From the NCBI RefSeq assembly GCF_009914755.1, contig NC_060926.1: a stretch of DNA of 64,000 bases; one strand, written 5' to 3'. The translations under genes and the position numbers were made by a program. The first letter of the stretch is position 1; each line of letters starts with the position of its first letter. Positions 29,153-44,721 of the stretch are shown in pieces. The DNA comes from the human T2T-CHM13v2.0 reference genome, Homo sapiens. The notes beneath the pieces were generated by a model. The model searched no databases, was not told the origin of the DNA, and saw only the letters and a program-made list of their open reading frames with translations.

Positions 29153-32100
29153 CTCTAAAAGTCTCTACAGGTCTCAGATCATGATAAAGGAGCAGCTTCT
29201 CATGAGCTTGGCCCTGCTCATGGTGCATATGCAGAATACTCTTGCCAAATGCTGGTAAGTGAAAATCCCTTGTCCAAAATATCGACTAGAGGTCAGTGTG
29301 TATCTACTGGCCTCTTCCCAGATGGCAGTTACATCAACATTCCATTCATGTAGGTCAAAGCTGAAAAATACAAGTTCCGGGAACCTTATCCAGAGAGGTG
29401 AGCATGTCTCTCAGAAGTCATCAGCGAAGAAAAAAGTTTTCTTTGAAGTTCATAGTTCTTGAATCAGTCCATCTTGACCATCCACATGATTCAAGGGTCA
29501 CTATGGAGTCAGAGCACCAGAGAACTCTGTCCATGGACACTAGATAGAACGCCTTTGATGGATTGGGAAAAAATTTTTAAAAAGTAAAAAGCACTTGTAC
29601 TTTAAGAAAAGAATTTTTAAAAATATCCTGGGGAAGGTAGTCTCAAATGTAAAGATGCTCTATAAAATATAAGGTCTTGAAAAATAAAAGTTCCACTTAC
29701 TTGCATAGATTAGGGCTCTGAAGTTCAATCTTCTCATCTGTAAAATAGGAATTAAATGCCTATGCACATCTTACAATTTTTTTGTGAAACGCGAATGTGG
29801 TCATGCAAAGAAAAGCACTTAGGAAGTTCACAGGAAGTTCTTTATAACACATCCCACCAAAAATCTGCATGATGAACGAAGAAATAGGTCACTTGGAAGA
29901 TGGCCAAAGGACTTGAAAACTGGGCAGGCTAAGTGGAAATTGATGACCACTTCCTCATAAAGGTAAGGGAGCTTGGTGCCAGTGCACAATCGATGTCTTC
30001 CTCTTTTTAAGAAAATCATGAGGAATTTTTTCCACGTTTTATTAGGCTTAGCCAAAATGGTGCATGTTCACCTTTTCCCCTCCATCCTGCCTTCAACACT
30101 CACTTTAGTAAGTAAAATTAACAAATAACCCCTTTCTCCCATTAGTAATAGCCATGAATTGGAATGTTCGACACTCACCAGCATTAACCAAACCCTAATC
30201 AACCAAATGCTGTCTGCCACCCCCTCCTTACAATGCTCACCTTTCTTTCCCCATGCCTGTGATAGCTTTCCTGAAAGACATTTGTGTGCAGAACTCCTGT
30301 CTTTGGTTCATTCTCCCTCACATCATTAATCAGTGTGCTATGCCTCATCCAAAAGTGGGAAAATAATCCAGTTTCCTGCTCCACGCCAGCCAGATGAACA
30401 GGTGCTAAGTAGGACTTACATAGGCACTTAAGCTGCTGCACCTGGAATCGTGGTGTGTTTAGGCGATCATGTCTTGGATCTCACAGAAGCTGTCTTTGTG
30501 TTGACTGGTTCTGTATGATGTCCTAATGCTTCTGCTGTCCAGGGCCAGGCCTTAAGTAGAACAACGCAGGAAAATAACTTCTGGCCTAGGTTCTTCAGGA
30601 GTTTATCAGTTTGCTAGGAGAACCTATGATCTGAAAGGGACTGAGGGGATGAGGAGACTTTCTCTATTAGGTAGCTTTTAAGAAAGAAAAATAATCAAAC
30701 AAATAGGCTCAAGGCATCTGCACGTACACACAGTTAATCACACCTTGCCTGCATTGTTACCAAGGGATTTCTTGTGTGGGGGTGGTCCTTGTAGGAGCTT
30801 TCAGGCACCAGGAGCTCCCAAGTGGCATGCTCACCTCCTTGAGACAGGCAACATGTTGCCAAGAAAAGAAACATCTTCATACTCTGCAGATGTGGCTTTT
30901 CATATTAGTGCTGCCACTTCCTATGTGTCTCTGAGAGTTGCTTAGCCTCACAGCCCATTTCCTCATTTGTAAAATAGGAATGATAATAATAGTGACTTCA
31001 TAGAGAGAAAGGAAATGAGGAATGTGAAGGATCAAGCACAATGCCTGGCATAGGACAGGCACTCAGTAACCATCGTCTTCCCAGGTTCCCTGCCTCCCGG
31101 TTCACCTGCATAAACATATTTCAGGCACTCTGGGTAGGGTTTTATCTGGACCCTGTGACCACCTAGGGAGGGCCCTGCCCTGAACCCCAGTGCCCCATGG
31201 GTGACAGACTGTGTGTCTTGTCTGTTTGTTTTCCTTTGGCCTGTTTTTTATTTTGGGTCTGTGTGATTTCCTGGCAAAAGCCCCATCAGTGGTGAGAAAA
31301 TATGTGTGTTTGCTATTATATTTGAGGAGTGAGCAGCTTGTTCCTAGAGGTCCCCCAAACCCCGATATTGTTGCAAAATGTAGGTCAGCAATGTCCTCAG
31401 TGCAGCACAGCTCAGAGTAGAGTCCCAAGTCTGGACCAGCTTGGATTCTGTATTTTTGGTGATGAAAACGGATAGAATTCACTCTAGTGACATTTTTCAG
31501 TTTTTTAACGTTTGGCTTTGGCATCGATGACCTTTGTTTTCTTTTCCACTTAGTTCCTTTGGCTTCCCACTTCTTCCTGTCCAGTAAAATTTTAAAAAGC
31601 TTGCTTTTACTCCTATGTTTCTGTTTCTGTGGCCAGGACCACCATCCTCCCAATCACTAGTTCAGGAAAGATCCCAAATTAATCACAGATTGCTGCATTT
31701 TCCTCCCTGTCACATCCTGTTTCTCTCTAGCATCTTTTGGCTTGACTTCCTTAATACCAGTAAAAATCAGACACACAGCTGCATTGCATGTCTAGCGTCT
31801 TACCATGGGCCCTTCCTTGGCACCCTGTGCATTCTCTGTCCTAAGCCCCAGGCCTGCCAAGTTATAATTACTTGTTCTTATGTTTTTCTTTTCCACTAAT
31901 CTGTGAACGCCTTTCAAGGACAGAGCCTATGCATTATTCATCTCTGCATCCCCAGTGTTTAATACAGTGTTTCAACAAAATGTTTCCTGAATGAATAAAA
32001 GAATGAGTAAAAAATCATGTGTTCCCAATTAGAAAGACTTTCTGTGTCATAGGGTAGACAAGGGTTTGAGGAGGCACTTTCTAGGACCATAAAATGAGAC

Positions 32101-33157
32101 TCCCAATCCTATCTATCTCCATCAACCCTGGGCTCTAATGAGACTATGCCTATTTGAATTTTTCCAACTTTCAGCCAAAACACATTCAGTAATTGATTAG
32201 TCCCCTTTAGAGCTTGGCAGAGGATATTCTAAGTAAATATAGGTATGAGTGCTGCCCTGATGACCCAGGAATACCTACAACTTGACATGTCCAAAACTGG
32301 ACTTATTATCTACCTCCAAAATTTTTTCTTTGTCCTCTGTTTCTTATTCCAGTGAGCTCTGTTACCTGAGCAGGACTGGAGAGGCATGCAAAGCCTCTCC
32401 TGGCTCCACCATGAAACTGTTCATTTGGTCACTGAGTTTTGCTGATTTATCTTCTGTAATGTTTCTTGTATCTGCACCCTCATCCTGCTCACTGTCTAGT
32501 TCCTGCCCTTCTCGCTTCTGATACAAACTTCAACACCAGGTGCACTGACTTCCCCAAACCGAGGTAATCACTTCTTATTTCAGGCCACAACTGTGCTGAG
32601 AGTAAAAATCTCTACTGATAAGATGTTTCATGTGTTTGTTTAAATATCTTTCTCTCTACTAGACCATTAACTGACAACAGGAATTATGTTCATTTAATAA
32701 ATAAATAATACAGGGTTGAATTTTAGGATAATTTGAAATTAAATTATAAAAAGGAATTCTTAGATTTGTTTAACTCAGATTTGCCAATTGTTTATATTTT
32801 ATTCCACTCAATTTCTCTGTCTCTTTTTTTCTTTCTTCCTCTTACATAGATGTTTTTTCTAGTTTGTGAACAAATTGTAGTCAATGTGCCCTTTTATTCA
32901 TAAATAGTTCAGTGTGCATTTATTAAACAAGGATGCTCTCTTACATAACCATAGTGTAGCTATCACAAACTTGAAAATTAACATTGATGTAATATTATTC
33001 TCAAATCTATGGTCTATATTCACATTTGGTAACTGCTTCAATATAAGGTTCTTTAAAGTTATTATTTTCCCTGTTTAGGATCAAATCCAGAATCACACGT
33101 TGCATTTAGTTTTCATCTCTTTAGTCTTCTATCACTGGTATATTTCTTCAGCCTTGA

Positions 33158-33450
<293 letters not shown>

Positions 33451-34174
33451 ACCTTGACTTTTTGGAAATTATAAGCAAAATATTATGTAGTATGTCCCTC
33501 CTTTGGGGTTTTCTGACAATTCCTTATTATTGGATTCAGGTTATGGATTTGGGGCAGGAATGCCACTGAAGTGATGTTGTGTCGTTCCGGATGGTAATGT
33601 CAAGTTGTCCTAATATTATTTGGTGACTTGGTTGAATTTGTGCCCTCCAAGTTTCTCAGTTACTAATTGTCCCTGTGTAAGTAATATGCAATTGTGATGA
33701 AATGTGTAAATCCTGACCAAACTTTCATCAGTAGTTTTAGCTTCCATTGATGATTTCCTAGCTCCATTATTCCTTTTATGTTAATTAGATGGTATTCTAT
33801 TTCAGTAAAGTACTTCCTATTCTCTCACATTTACTCATTTCTGTAAGTATGGACTCATAGGTTCTTATTTATTCAGTAGGTATAGTTTGTGATTTATGCA
33901 GATGCTCAAATTGTCCCAGATTTGGCCATTGGAGACCCTGTCAAGTGGGTTCCCTTGCTTTTGAAATGTCCCCATGTTTCTTTCAGCACTTTTTTACTTT
34001 CTAGAATAACAAAATTTTCCAAACTTGTCTTGTACTTTTTCTCTCACATCCTCGAATTAGCCATTTCTTCACAGCTCTAGTTTTTTTGGTGAACAATAGT
34101 ATTTAGAAGTCGATATGTAGGTGTTAAGTGTTCTTTTTGCTTCTAGGCCCTGTCAGTGGATGGAACTCTGGTTT

Positions 34175-34179
34175 ACACA

Positions 34180-34220
<41 letters not shown>
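34175..34220. repeat. (CA)n microsatellite
   Basis: Read directly. Confidence 0.95.
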
Positions 34221-34222
<2 letters not shown>

Positions 34223-35293
34223 ATTCCCATACCTCTTTATCTACCTGCCTGTCTATGACATTAAATACTATGGGTTTATATTGGTACCTTCAATTCCAAC
34301 CCAACTTTTCTGTGTTTGCATTTACTTTGAATATACTGTGAAGATCTTGTGGCTATCTGAAATATTTGTGTTCAAGAACATTTTTATGGTAATGAAAAGC
34401 CTACAAGTTCTATATATTTTCATTAAAAGAACTTTTTAATGTAGTTCTTGTATATACATAGGTGTCTGAAATAATTATTCAATTAAAATCCCGCTCATAT
34501 ATTTCTATGAAGGAAGTCAATGTTTTATTAAATTTTTATCTTGCTTTAAAAGATAGCCTCAAGAGGGAGATCTGGGTATTGCCGCAGCTCTTTCATTAAT
34601 GCAGACAAGAGAGTTTTGAAATAGCTGCCAAGCTATTGGCAGCTGTTAACAGGTTTGGATGCTCCTCCAATAACATCATGTGTGTTCCTCTATTTTCAAA
34701 CATATTCCACCACATTTCAGTTGTCATTTTATATGTCTGGCTCTCCTGTGACATCATGAAACCCTTAATTGTACTTTTTACTTTGATACTTTATCACAGG
34801 CCTCAATAAATGTTTTTGAAGGAATGAAGGATGGGTGACTAACTGATGAAATGAATGACCTTCTCTGTCTCTAGGATCTGTTTAACTCACTCATTTTAAA
34901 GCCTGATCTCAGGCTGGGAAGCTGTGAGATAGGAACGAAGGGGAATATACATGCATTTCTGCAATAGGATCTGTGTGGCAACAGATAGATTATAAGCTAT
35001 GACATATATTGAGAACCTGCTAGGTGCTAGATGGCTACATTATGTATTTATCTTATTTAAGCCTTACAACAACTCAGTGATGAAGGAAATAGTAATCTCA
35101 TTTTCAGATGCACATTTCAGAAAAGCTAAATAACTTTCTGAGAAAATTATGGAACTAGAATCCAAACTCTGGCTAGTTTAACTTTAAAACTTAAATTTCA
35201 TTTTGCTATGTGATGGTGCACATCAGAAATAAGATGATGTCAGAGCTGTGAGGTAACACAGCCAAAAAGTTAGCTAATAGGTGACATTCTCTA

Positions 35294-35807
<514 letters not shown>

Positions 35808-37466
35808 TTATCTAAAGTCACGCAGCAAGTTGATGTTGGAACTAGGACTTGAAACCAGGTCTTTGTGTTCTGTCTCTTATTACTCTACCTCACTGCTTTC
35901 TTTTATGTTATTTCATTTTTTCATAGTCTGCCTACCTTTTTCATTTGCTTTAATTCAATAGCAAAATGCTCATTGAGAACTTTGTATCAATCATTGTGCC
36001 AGGCACTGGAGAAACAAAGGCAGGAGCACAAAATTTGAGGTTAGCAAAGCACTTGTCTCTTGGTAAACAATAGACGGACTCCTCACAGAGTGCAGACAGA
36101 GGTCAGGATATGCCAGCCCATGAATATGGCCCTGTGTGTTTTGTGGGCCTTGTTACTGTGCATATGTACTGAGGCTCAGTGTCACATTCTGCATTGCCCC
36201 CTGATAAACAACACACAGAAAATGGATGAGAATGACTATGAAGAGGGAGAAAATGTCCAGATGTTAGTAGCTCATAATGTTTTAATTTAGAGTAGTGCTT
36301 TTGCCCAACACCATCACCAAAGGTTTGTCTTTGGTTTATTTGTGTTATCACAACAGTGACGACGGAGTTAAATGCAGCCTTTGAAAGGAGGATTTTTGCT
36401 TGTTTCATTTACATTCTACTGTTCTTTCATGAAACATTTCTAAATATCCATGGGGCCCAATTCTTACAAAAATAAATCAGATAAACCTAGGGTTCTTGCC
36501 AAGTCAAATATCTACAGTTTCTGGCAATTATGTAATTTCCAACTCTGCTGCAGTGACTATTGCTGATAAGTCAATTGTCATAAAGAGAAATATTCCAGAC
36601 CAATCTTTATTAGTGTGTCCTTCACTGATATATGCAATGTCTTTTTTTAAAAAAGCAGAGTTATAACTTTTTTGGGGGGTCTCTAGTGAATGGCTTCTCA
36701 TCATAACAATTTATATCTGGATAATGTTATTGTAAAACATGAAAATGGTAAATTAAAACCAATGAAATTAGGTTCTGCTGTTATTAATAAAAATGGCTCT
36801 GGTTTTCACCATTTTGTTTTGATGGCACTGTCATATAATGCAGCTGTGCAGTAGTGTCTTTCTGGCATTGCAGTTTGATTTGGCCCAGACAAAAGCAATA
36901 TTTAGGAAGTTACTCTGTAGAGCTTCTCCGGGAAGAAGGAACTTGAGAATCACAAGCTAATTTAAATCGTTCTTTAAAGTTGAGGTTAAATGTATTATTG
37001 ATTAGAAAGAGCTTTTATGGGGAGAGGAACTCTGCTATTCCTTACGAGTGGTATAAAATAAACAAACTGAATATACCAGGTCCTATTTTTTTTTCAGAGT
37101 CACATATCTGTTTGGTGCAAATATATATCACTAAAGATGTTTATATGAAAAAACATTACTTTTAAATCATAATTTCTTGCCCATGCTTTGAGAAAGATCC
37201 CTTGAGACTGACTTTCTGTAGCTGGAGCTCACAGTGGTAAATGCTTGCTTTTATTGGGGTCAACATGGTTTGTGCAATATTTCACTCACATTATCTCATT
37301 TATATCCTCCTACAATAGCCCTAAGAGGTAGGTAGGGTTTAATTTTATAGATGAGGAAGCTGTCATTCACACTACCCTTGCCCAAGGTTCCTTTGAGTAA
37401 TTCTAGTAAGTAGCAGCCCTGGGACTCAACTGCAGTTTCTGACTCTTGACCACATCCTTCCCCAGT

Positions 37467-37548
37467 ACTGTGCTTAAGAGGCAGGTAGTCCTTTTAAGAT
37501 GCAAAACCATATGCATCTTAAAATGACTACCTGCCCCTTAAGCACAGT
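37467..37548. repeat. Near-perfect hairpin with 37-bp arms and an 8-nt loop
   Basis: actgtgcttaagaggcaggtagtccttttaagatgca / tgcatcttaaaatgactacctgccccttaagcacagt, 2 mismatches. Confidence 0.95.
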
Positions 37549-40000
37549 TCTTTGATTTCTCTGAAGAGAAAGTAGCTTGACAGCACCATCTTAGTTTAGT
37601 TGCTTCCCTCTTAGAGCACAGAGTGATCACCAAGATAAACATTCTTTTCCACCTCGCACTCACATGAAGGAAGGAGAATACAGGGAGGTGGACATCTATG
37701 TCAGTGGAAAGCCCAGACTTTTAGCCTCTCGCAGAACAGACTTGATCTACAAATTGTCATTACAAGAATCCTGCTGTTGGAAACACAGCTTTTCAATTTC
37801 TTGAAGATCTTCCAAGCATTGTTCTTTATGGAAAAAATGCCCTTTTTTGCCAGTATCAGTGAAAAACACAAGCAAAAAGAATGAAGCTTATTCTTAGTGG
37901 CTAAGAGTTATTTATTTCAGATCTCTGCTTCTTAGGGTATACTATAGAGTTAGTTAAATGGAAACTTCCAGCTACAGTATGTTTGGAGACAATCAGTCTA
38001 GATAGATAAGAAAATTTCAACAGAGAGGCCGGACTGGGTGAAGAGGACTGGAAACAAGCTTTCCGCAGGCTCTTAAGGCAAGTGATAGAGGTATGGTATT
38101 ACAAAAGATGGGGCTAAAAGAAAATATGAGAAACACACAAAAGGGTATCATCGGCTTTGCAAAGAAATGCAACATATACATATATTTGTGTTTACGTATG
38201 TATGTGTGTATATACACAAATAGTTTTTGAAAGTAAAGGCTATTTAACTTGCAAAAATTAGAATGCAGAGAGAATGATTCCTATTTTTGTTTTGCATTTA
38301 ATTGGCATTGATTTCAGACTGTTGGACAATGGTGCTCATCCTCACTTTGTGCAAGCAGGACAGTTGCAGGGTGAACTTGATGTATAATTAATCAGTTTGA
38401 CTCTTAAGCTCTTTTTGTGACTGAACAGCAGGAGCCAAGCATGCTCCTATTTACTTGTCAGTTTTTCTGCTAGACTATGAAACCACCTTGCTGGAGTTTT
38501 ATAGTGAGATATGTCTCACTGATCTCTGTCCTTGGTTCCTAGTGTGGTGCTTGACACATAGTACAACTCAGAAGAGGTTTGTTGAAATATCTTCAGACTT
38601 TAAGAGGGGACATTTCTACTGGGACAGTTTTGGTCAACCTTGGCCCCCATCTTATTCTACCTAATAGCAGCATTTGACACAGATGTTCACTTCTTCTTTG
38701 AGTCACTTTTCTTTGCTTGGCTTGCTGGCCACTTGCTCTTGGTTCCCCCCTAAATCACTGGCTGTTCTTGTTGCATCTTCTATCCATAACCCTCTACCTC
38801 ATCTGTGGCTTTGAAAGATGCAATAATCTGTCCACCAACTTCTCTCTTTCTATAGTCATTCCTTGTGTGCATATATGGCACTGGCTCTAAATGTCATCGA
38901 TACTTCTTCAGACCCGAACTCGCTCTTTAACTCCAGACTCAGAAACCCAACTTCCTATACAATATTTACACATGAATGTTGAATTGGCATCCCCAATTGA
39001 ACAAACTGAAAATAGACTTTTTTTGATATCTAGCACCATCTCTACCTCCAAATCAGCATCTTCTCCAATATTCCTTATTTCAGTAAGTGACACTTCTATT
39101 CACCCAGTCTGTCAAGTCAAAAACCTTGAAGTCAGCCTCCCCACCTGATTTCTTTCACATAAATTCATCCACTAGTTATGTCAACTCTACTTTTGGAATA
39201 TATCCAGAATCCCACCAATACTGTCTTTTCTCTATTGCTATTTTCTTACTTTAGTCCACCATTATCTCTTAGTTAAGCTTAATGTAATAACTACCCTATA
39301 TGCTCTCACTAATTCTTAATTCAGCTTGCTCTCCATCACTTATTCTCTTCCTCGTGTAGCAACCAGAGTGATCCTTGTAAAATATAAATGATGCTATGTC
39401 ATTTCTCATCCCTCAGCCCTTCAATGAATGATCCTCATACTTGGAGTGAAAATGGGCTTGCCACCTTCTGCATAATCTGGCTACCTCCTGGATGCCACTC
39501 ACCTCCTATTTTCCTTATTTCTCACTGCAAAGAATGTCTCTATCTAAAGATCTTGTTTCTGCTGGTTTCCTTTTGCTGGAAAGTCATATTCCTAGAGTCT
39601 CTTCAACTCTTTTCCATTTTATTCACTGTGCAGCCATACAGCTGGGTCTGCTCTCAGAGTGGGAGAGGATTTCTGGGCTCCCACATATTTCATTAGGATT
39701 GCTTTGGAAATGAGGGCGCTTAGATTCCCTGCTGCTCTTGTTTTATTTGGGACTGTGCAACAAGGATAGGGACAGGAAGAGGCCTGCAAAGGCAATTAAC
39801 ATGGAGCATATACAGCTAATTTTACAAGCCTGGCATCTCTTTAAGTGTCCTCCCTGGGAGTGTTTCCCTCTGAATTAGAAAGCTCTAGTTTTAGCTTGAT
39901 GAACTGGTTTCTGGTAAATTCAGTTGTTCTAGCCCCTGCTGGAACTAGAGTGATGGATATTCAGAGCAGAGAATGTGGCTTTTAAAAATGACATCACGAA

Positions 40001-40212
40001 TAGGGTTGCTAGATTGAGTAAATAAAAATACATGATAGCCAGTTAAATTTGGTACTTCAGATAAAAAATGGATAATTTCTTAGTACAAATATGTTCCAAA
40101 TATTACATAGATCTTCTAAAAAATTGCAAAGGACACATTTATAATTTTAAAAATATTGATTATCTGAAATTCAAATGTGATTGGACATACTTTATTTTAT
40201 CTGGCAACCCTA
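40001..40212. mobile_element. hAT MITE, MER53-like
   Basis: TIRs tagggttgc...gcaacccta; 8-bp TSD atcacgaa/atcatgaa. Confidence 0.8.
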
Positions 40213-42674
40213 ATCATGAATAATTAAAAGTTGATATTGCTGTGTTGTTCAAAGGCAATAATTTGATTACTAATTACGTTCACTGAAATCAATAGATATA
40301 TTAGTTATTTGTCCTCTTTTTTAGGAGAATTGCATCAATAGAATAAAAATATGTATTTTATCTTTTATATTGTGGAAAAATGAGAATATTCATATAGACA
40401 TAGATATTTGTTATCTATATGGTAATTTGCTATACATGTTTAGAACATTTGTTTTTATTTAATGCATGATTGAAGACTGATGCCTAAATATGAAATTCTT
40501 TATTTTATTAAACTAATATACATAATAATCATAGTAGATTGGGTAAGCTGGGGAATTTGATAAATAAAACTATTTCCTGATTATATAAATGATATATGTT
40601 TTTTATAGAACATTTAGAAAATACATAATAATATTTTAAAAATAAGCCTATAATGTTTTTTATCTGTTTTTTTTGTGGAAAAACTTTTAAAAATAGGTTG
40701 GGATTATGTCATAATGTAATTTTATTGCCTTTAGAAATTTATCATGACAACATGTATCCATTTTATTTCATTAAAAGCATTTATGAAACATTTTAATAAA
40801 GATATAATATTCTTTTTCCTTTTTGTTTTGTTTTGTATTTTCCTGTTCTAATGTTAAAATGAGGATATTGGTACATAATTGTTTGAATCACTGGGTATTT
40901 TCTTTGGATTTATTTCTGGAAGCGCAGTTACCTGATCGAAAGATCAAAGTATCTTTAAGACATGAGCTGCTTGTTGCCAGTCTTGTGGAAGCCTATGTAC
41001 TCTATGCTTTATGTTTCCGTCTTCTGGCCACAGGGACCCCCCGCTAGTCTTTTTTGCCCTCCCTGCCTCTACTCACTTCTTCCCCTTGGGATAGATCTGA
41101 CTTATCTGATGGATAAGATTGAAAGCAGGAAGTATGAGTTAATTCCTTCTAAATTCTGTTTCTTTCAGATCTAACTATCCATCAGAAGGCACTTTTGCCA
41201 TGTGGTTAGCTTACCAGGGTAGACTCTGCCTGGCTGGGCATGCCTGCAGTTGTTCATTCTGCTAATGAGTATGTTGAAAATTGAAGACAATATTAAGGAG
41301 CTCATTGTGACTTCATTTAATTTATACCCTCCTATCTAGTGATTTTAAGTAATACATCTGATATCTGGTCTTTACCTTTCTGACATTCATGTTTAATTCT
41401 TAACTAGTTCCAAACTCAAATTATCTCAAGGTAAAACCGGCAATACAAGCTCACTGTCCAAGAATAGTTAGAAGGACTGGCATTTAGAAGACTAGCTAGA
41501 AGGACTGGCATTTAGAGACCAAATACCATGAGGAGAGTGAAATTTTGGGTACTGCCAGCATTGCCTTAAGGCATTACAGCTTTTGTTGTGTAGATCTTGC
41601 AGTCTTTGACCTTTCATCTTGGCAGTTTGGATGGTGTGTAATGAGGTTGTGCAGCTGGGATTGTTAATTAGCATGGGTCATACAAGTTTTGGTAAATATG
41701 AATTGTGTGGTCCTCTACGTCTTACTTTGATCTTATTTACAAAGGTATGGTTTGGGTGAGATGAAATTCCAGCTTGCTAGGAAGAGTCTCTCAGTTCCTG
41801 CTAAAGGTCATTTTAAAATCACTGTATAGGCTTTTAAAGTATTTTCTGATAAAAGCCTTTTTCCTCCTCTCTACAGGCGAATTTTTTAGTATGGACAGCA
41901 GGCCAAGAGTGAACACTTCAAAGATAGCTTTGGTCTGGGAGAAGTAGACAGCACCAGAAGACGAGTTTCATCAGCTCAATCCTGCAGAAGTCTAGAGACA
42001 AAACACATTTTGCATGAATTTTTCACTTCCCAGCTCTTTGCTTCGTCTTCTTAGTAGACACCATTTTTAGCACTCCTAACTCTGGTGCTCCATCTTAGAT
42101 TTGTAGACAATTCTAATGTCTGAACTGTGAGAAAGAAATTTATGTGTTTCAACTTCATTCCCAGGGCACATTGAGTTTTTGGAGGATTCTGAAGCTTAAA
42201 GGAAACAACAGAAAGTTATGATTATAAAATTAAGCATGAAAGTGAATATTAAGAATGAGAAACAAAATCACAACAGATTTTCAGGACCTTGGAGATCCAG
42301 ATCTCTTTTTCTGAAGCCTCCTTGCCAATTTACCAGAAGTGCTTAACTTGAAATACTTCCTGACTGCTGTAGGAAATATTCCAGATTTCAAGCTCTTGCT
42401 TCTCCTTCCCTCTCAGAACACTCTGTGTCTCCAGAGCTCATGATGTCAGGCCCCGATGCTTACACTTAATTAATCTCCATCAGTCTACCTCTGCCTTCTT
42501 TGGAGCCTGTCCTTCCAGGCCCCATTAGTTATCTGAGAGAACACCCCCCTCTTCTGAAGGGATGGTAACACTCTTTAGGGAGGTGACTGTCCCCACTCAG
42601 AAAATTCTGAGATTCCTCATCAAAAGCTTGGTCTAACACAAAACAAAGGTGCTCCATTCTCCAGAACTTATTCT

Positions 42675-43062
42675 GTTTTTTTGGGCTGAGTTGTATCCTC
42701 TCAAAATTCATATGTGGAAACTCTAACCCTCAGTACCCCAGAGCAAGACTGTGTTTGGAGATAGGGCCTTTAAAAAGGTAATTAATGTTAATTATGGTAA
42801 TTAGGGGTGGTCCCTATTCTAATATGACTTTGGTCTTTGGAAGAGATTAGGACACAGTCAGACACAGAGGGAAGACCATGTGGAGATATAGCAAGAAGAG
42901 GGTTATCTGCAAGCTAAAGGGAGAGGTCTCAGAGGAAACCAACCCTACTGATATCTTGATCTCTAGCTTCCAGCCTCTAGAATTGTGAGAGAATAAATTT
43001 CTGTGGTTTAAGACACCCAGTCTGTGACAATTTGTTATGGCAGCCCTAGCACATCAATATAC
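42675..43062 (+). mobile_element. MLT1A/B-type MaLR LTR
   Basis: gggctgagttgtatcctctcaaaattcatatg...ttgttatggcagccctagc. Confidence 0.8.
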
Positions 43063-44254
43063 TTGGATAGAGGCAGAAGGAGGGGTCATTGCCTTATGAT
43101 ACGATTGCATCCTAAATTGAGCAGCTTCTAAGATTACAAGAATAAGGGAAGCAAGGGTTTATTCTGAGTGTCAGGAACCCATGGCCCCTGTGTCTCGAGG
43201 AGCTGTTTTGAAGTGCTCGGTCAATTCCATGTGAGCAGCTCCCAGTGGCAGCTCCTTGTCCTCAGTCTTGCACTTCGCTGACTTGCATTCCAGTCGGCTG
43301 CAAACTCATTATAACCATACCTTCTGCTGACTTTTCAGATCTCAGCCCTGGTAGGGGTAACCACTCACTACAGGCGGTGACTGTTTTCTAACTGTGCCGC
43401 CTACTGATCCCTTCTCCGTAAATTCATGCTTAATCACCTGCTACTCAGTGAAATGCTGAATTGTTCAAATAAACATTGCTGGGAAAGCTAAGATCAACAA
43501 TTTAGGCCTGTGTGTTAGCAGCCACCTCCAAAAGAGAGCAGGGAGGCCCAGGCTTCTGGTCTTAGCTCTGCTGTCGCCATCTCTGGTTAGTCACTGCTTC
43601 CCCACACCCTTCACCCCCATTCTCCAGTGGGTTTGGCACTTCATCTTTGAGATTCCCATAAATTAATTCCGGGCTTCATCCTAACCTGCTACTTACCACA
43701 CTGTATTGTGAATGTTTATTCAAAAGTTTCCTTCACTAGACTGCCAGTTTCTTTAACTTATGGGCTGTTCCAATTCATCTCTACATCAGTGGGGGCAATC
43801 ACAGTGCCTGTCACAGAGCAGGTGCCAAAAATTGAGCCTCAAGATAGCTCTTCATTTGAAAAAAAAAAAGTGATGTTTACATAGCATTGACCAAGAGCAT
43901 ATTGTCACAGGCTTTGCCCTGTGTTTTTCCTTTAGGTCATTTCTATTCAACAAACTTGTGTTGAGTACATACCAGGTGCCAGGTGCTGTGTCAAGTTTCA
44001 GGGATAAGTTGATGAAACTGACTCAATCACTGATTGCCCCCAGGAACTTACGGTCTACCAGGAAGAGAAGACAAGTGCCCACATAACTGTGACACAGTGG
44101 GTGCTGTGTCCATCATAAGAGGAGTAGGAAGAAAGCAAAGCACTGCGCTCTGAGAGTCCAAAAGTGAGAAGGCAAGAATGAGGTTTATAAAGGGTGGCAA
44201 GAGAAAGGCTTCCTAGAGAATTTGCCATTTGGATGAATGAGTGGGAGATAAGAT

Positions 44255-44721
44255 ATATTAGTTTGCCAGGGCTGTCATAACAAAGTACCACAAATTGAGT
44301 ATCTAATAAAACCAGAAATTTATTTTCTCATTGTTCTGGAGGCTGGAAACCTGACATAAAGGCATCAGAAGGGTTAGCTCCTTTGGGGGCTGGGAGGGAT
44401 AATCTGTTCTATGCTCTTGCCTAGCCTTTGGTGGTTTGCTGGCAGCCTTCGACATTTCTTGGCTTGTAGAAGCATTATCTCAACCTCTGCTTTTATCTTC
44501 ATATGGCGTTCTCTCTGTGTGCATGTCTCTGTGTCTAAATTCCCCTTTTAATAAGGATAACAGTCATATTGAACTAGAGGCTTACCTTACTTCAGTACGA
44601 CCTTATCTTAACTAATAACATCTGCAATTACCCTAGTTCCAAATGAGGTCACATTGTGAGGTAGTGGGGGTTAGAACTTCACTATATGCATTTTGGGAGG
44701 GACACAATTCAACCCGTAACA
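44255..44721 (-). mobile_element. MLT1C-like MaLR LTR
   Basis: attagtttgccagggctgtcataacaaagtacc...ggacacaattcaacccgtaaca. Confidence 0.8.

Noticed and set aside
31102-31653. 183-aa minus-strand ORF
   Set aside because: Non-ATG start, no recognisable domain, no splice support
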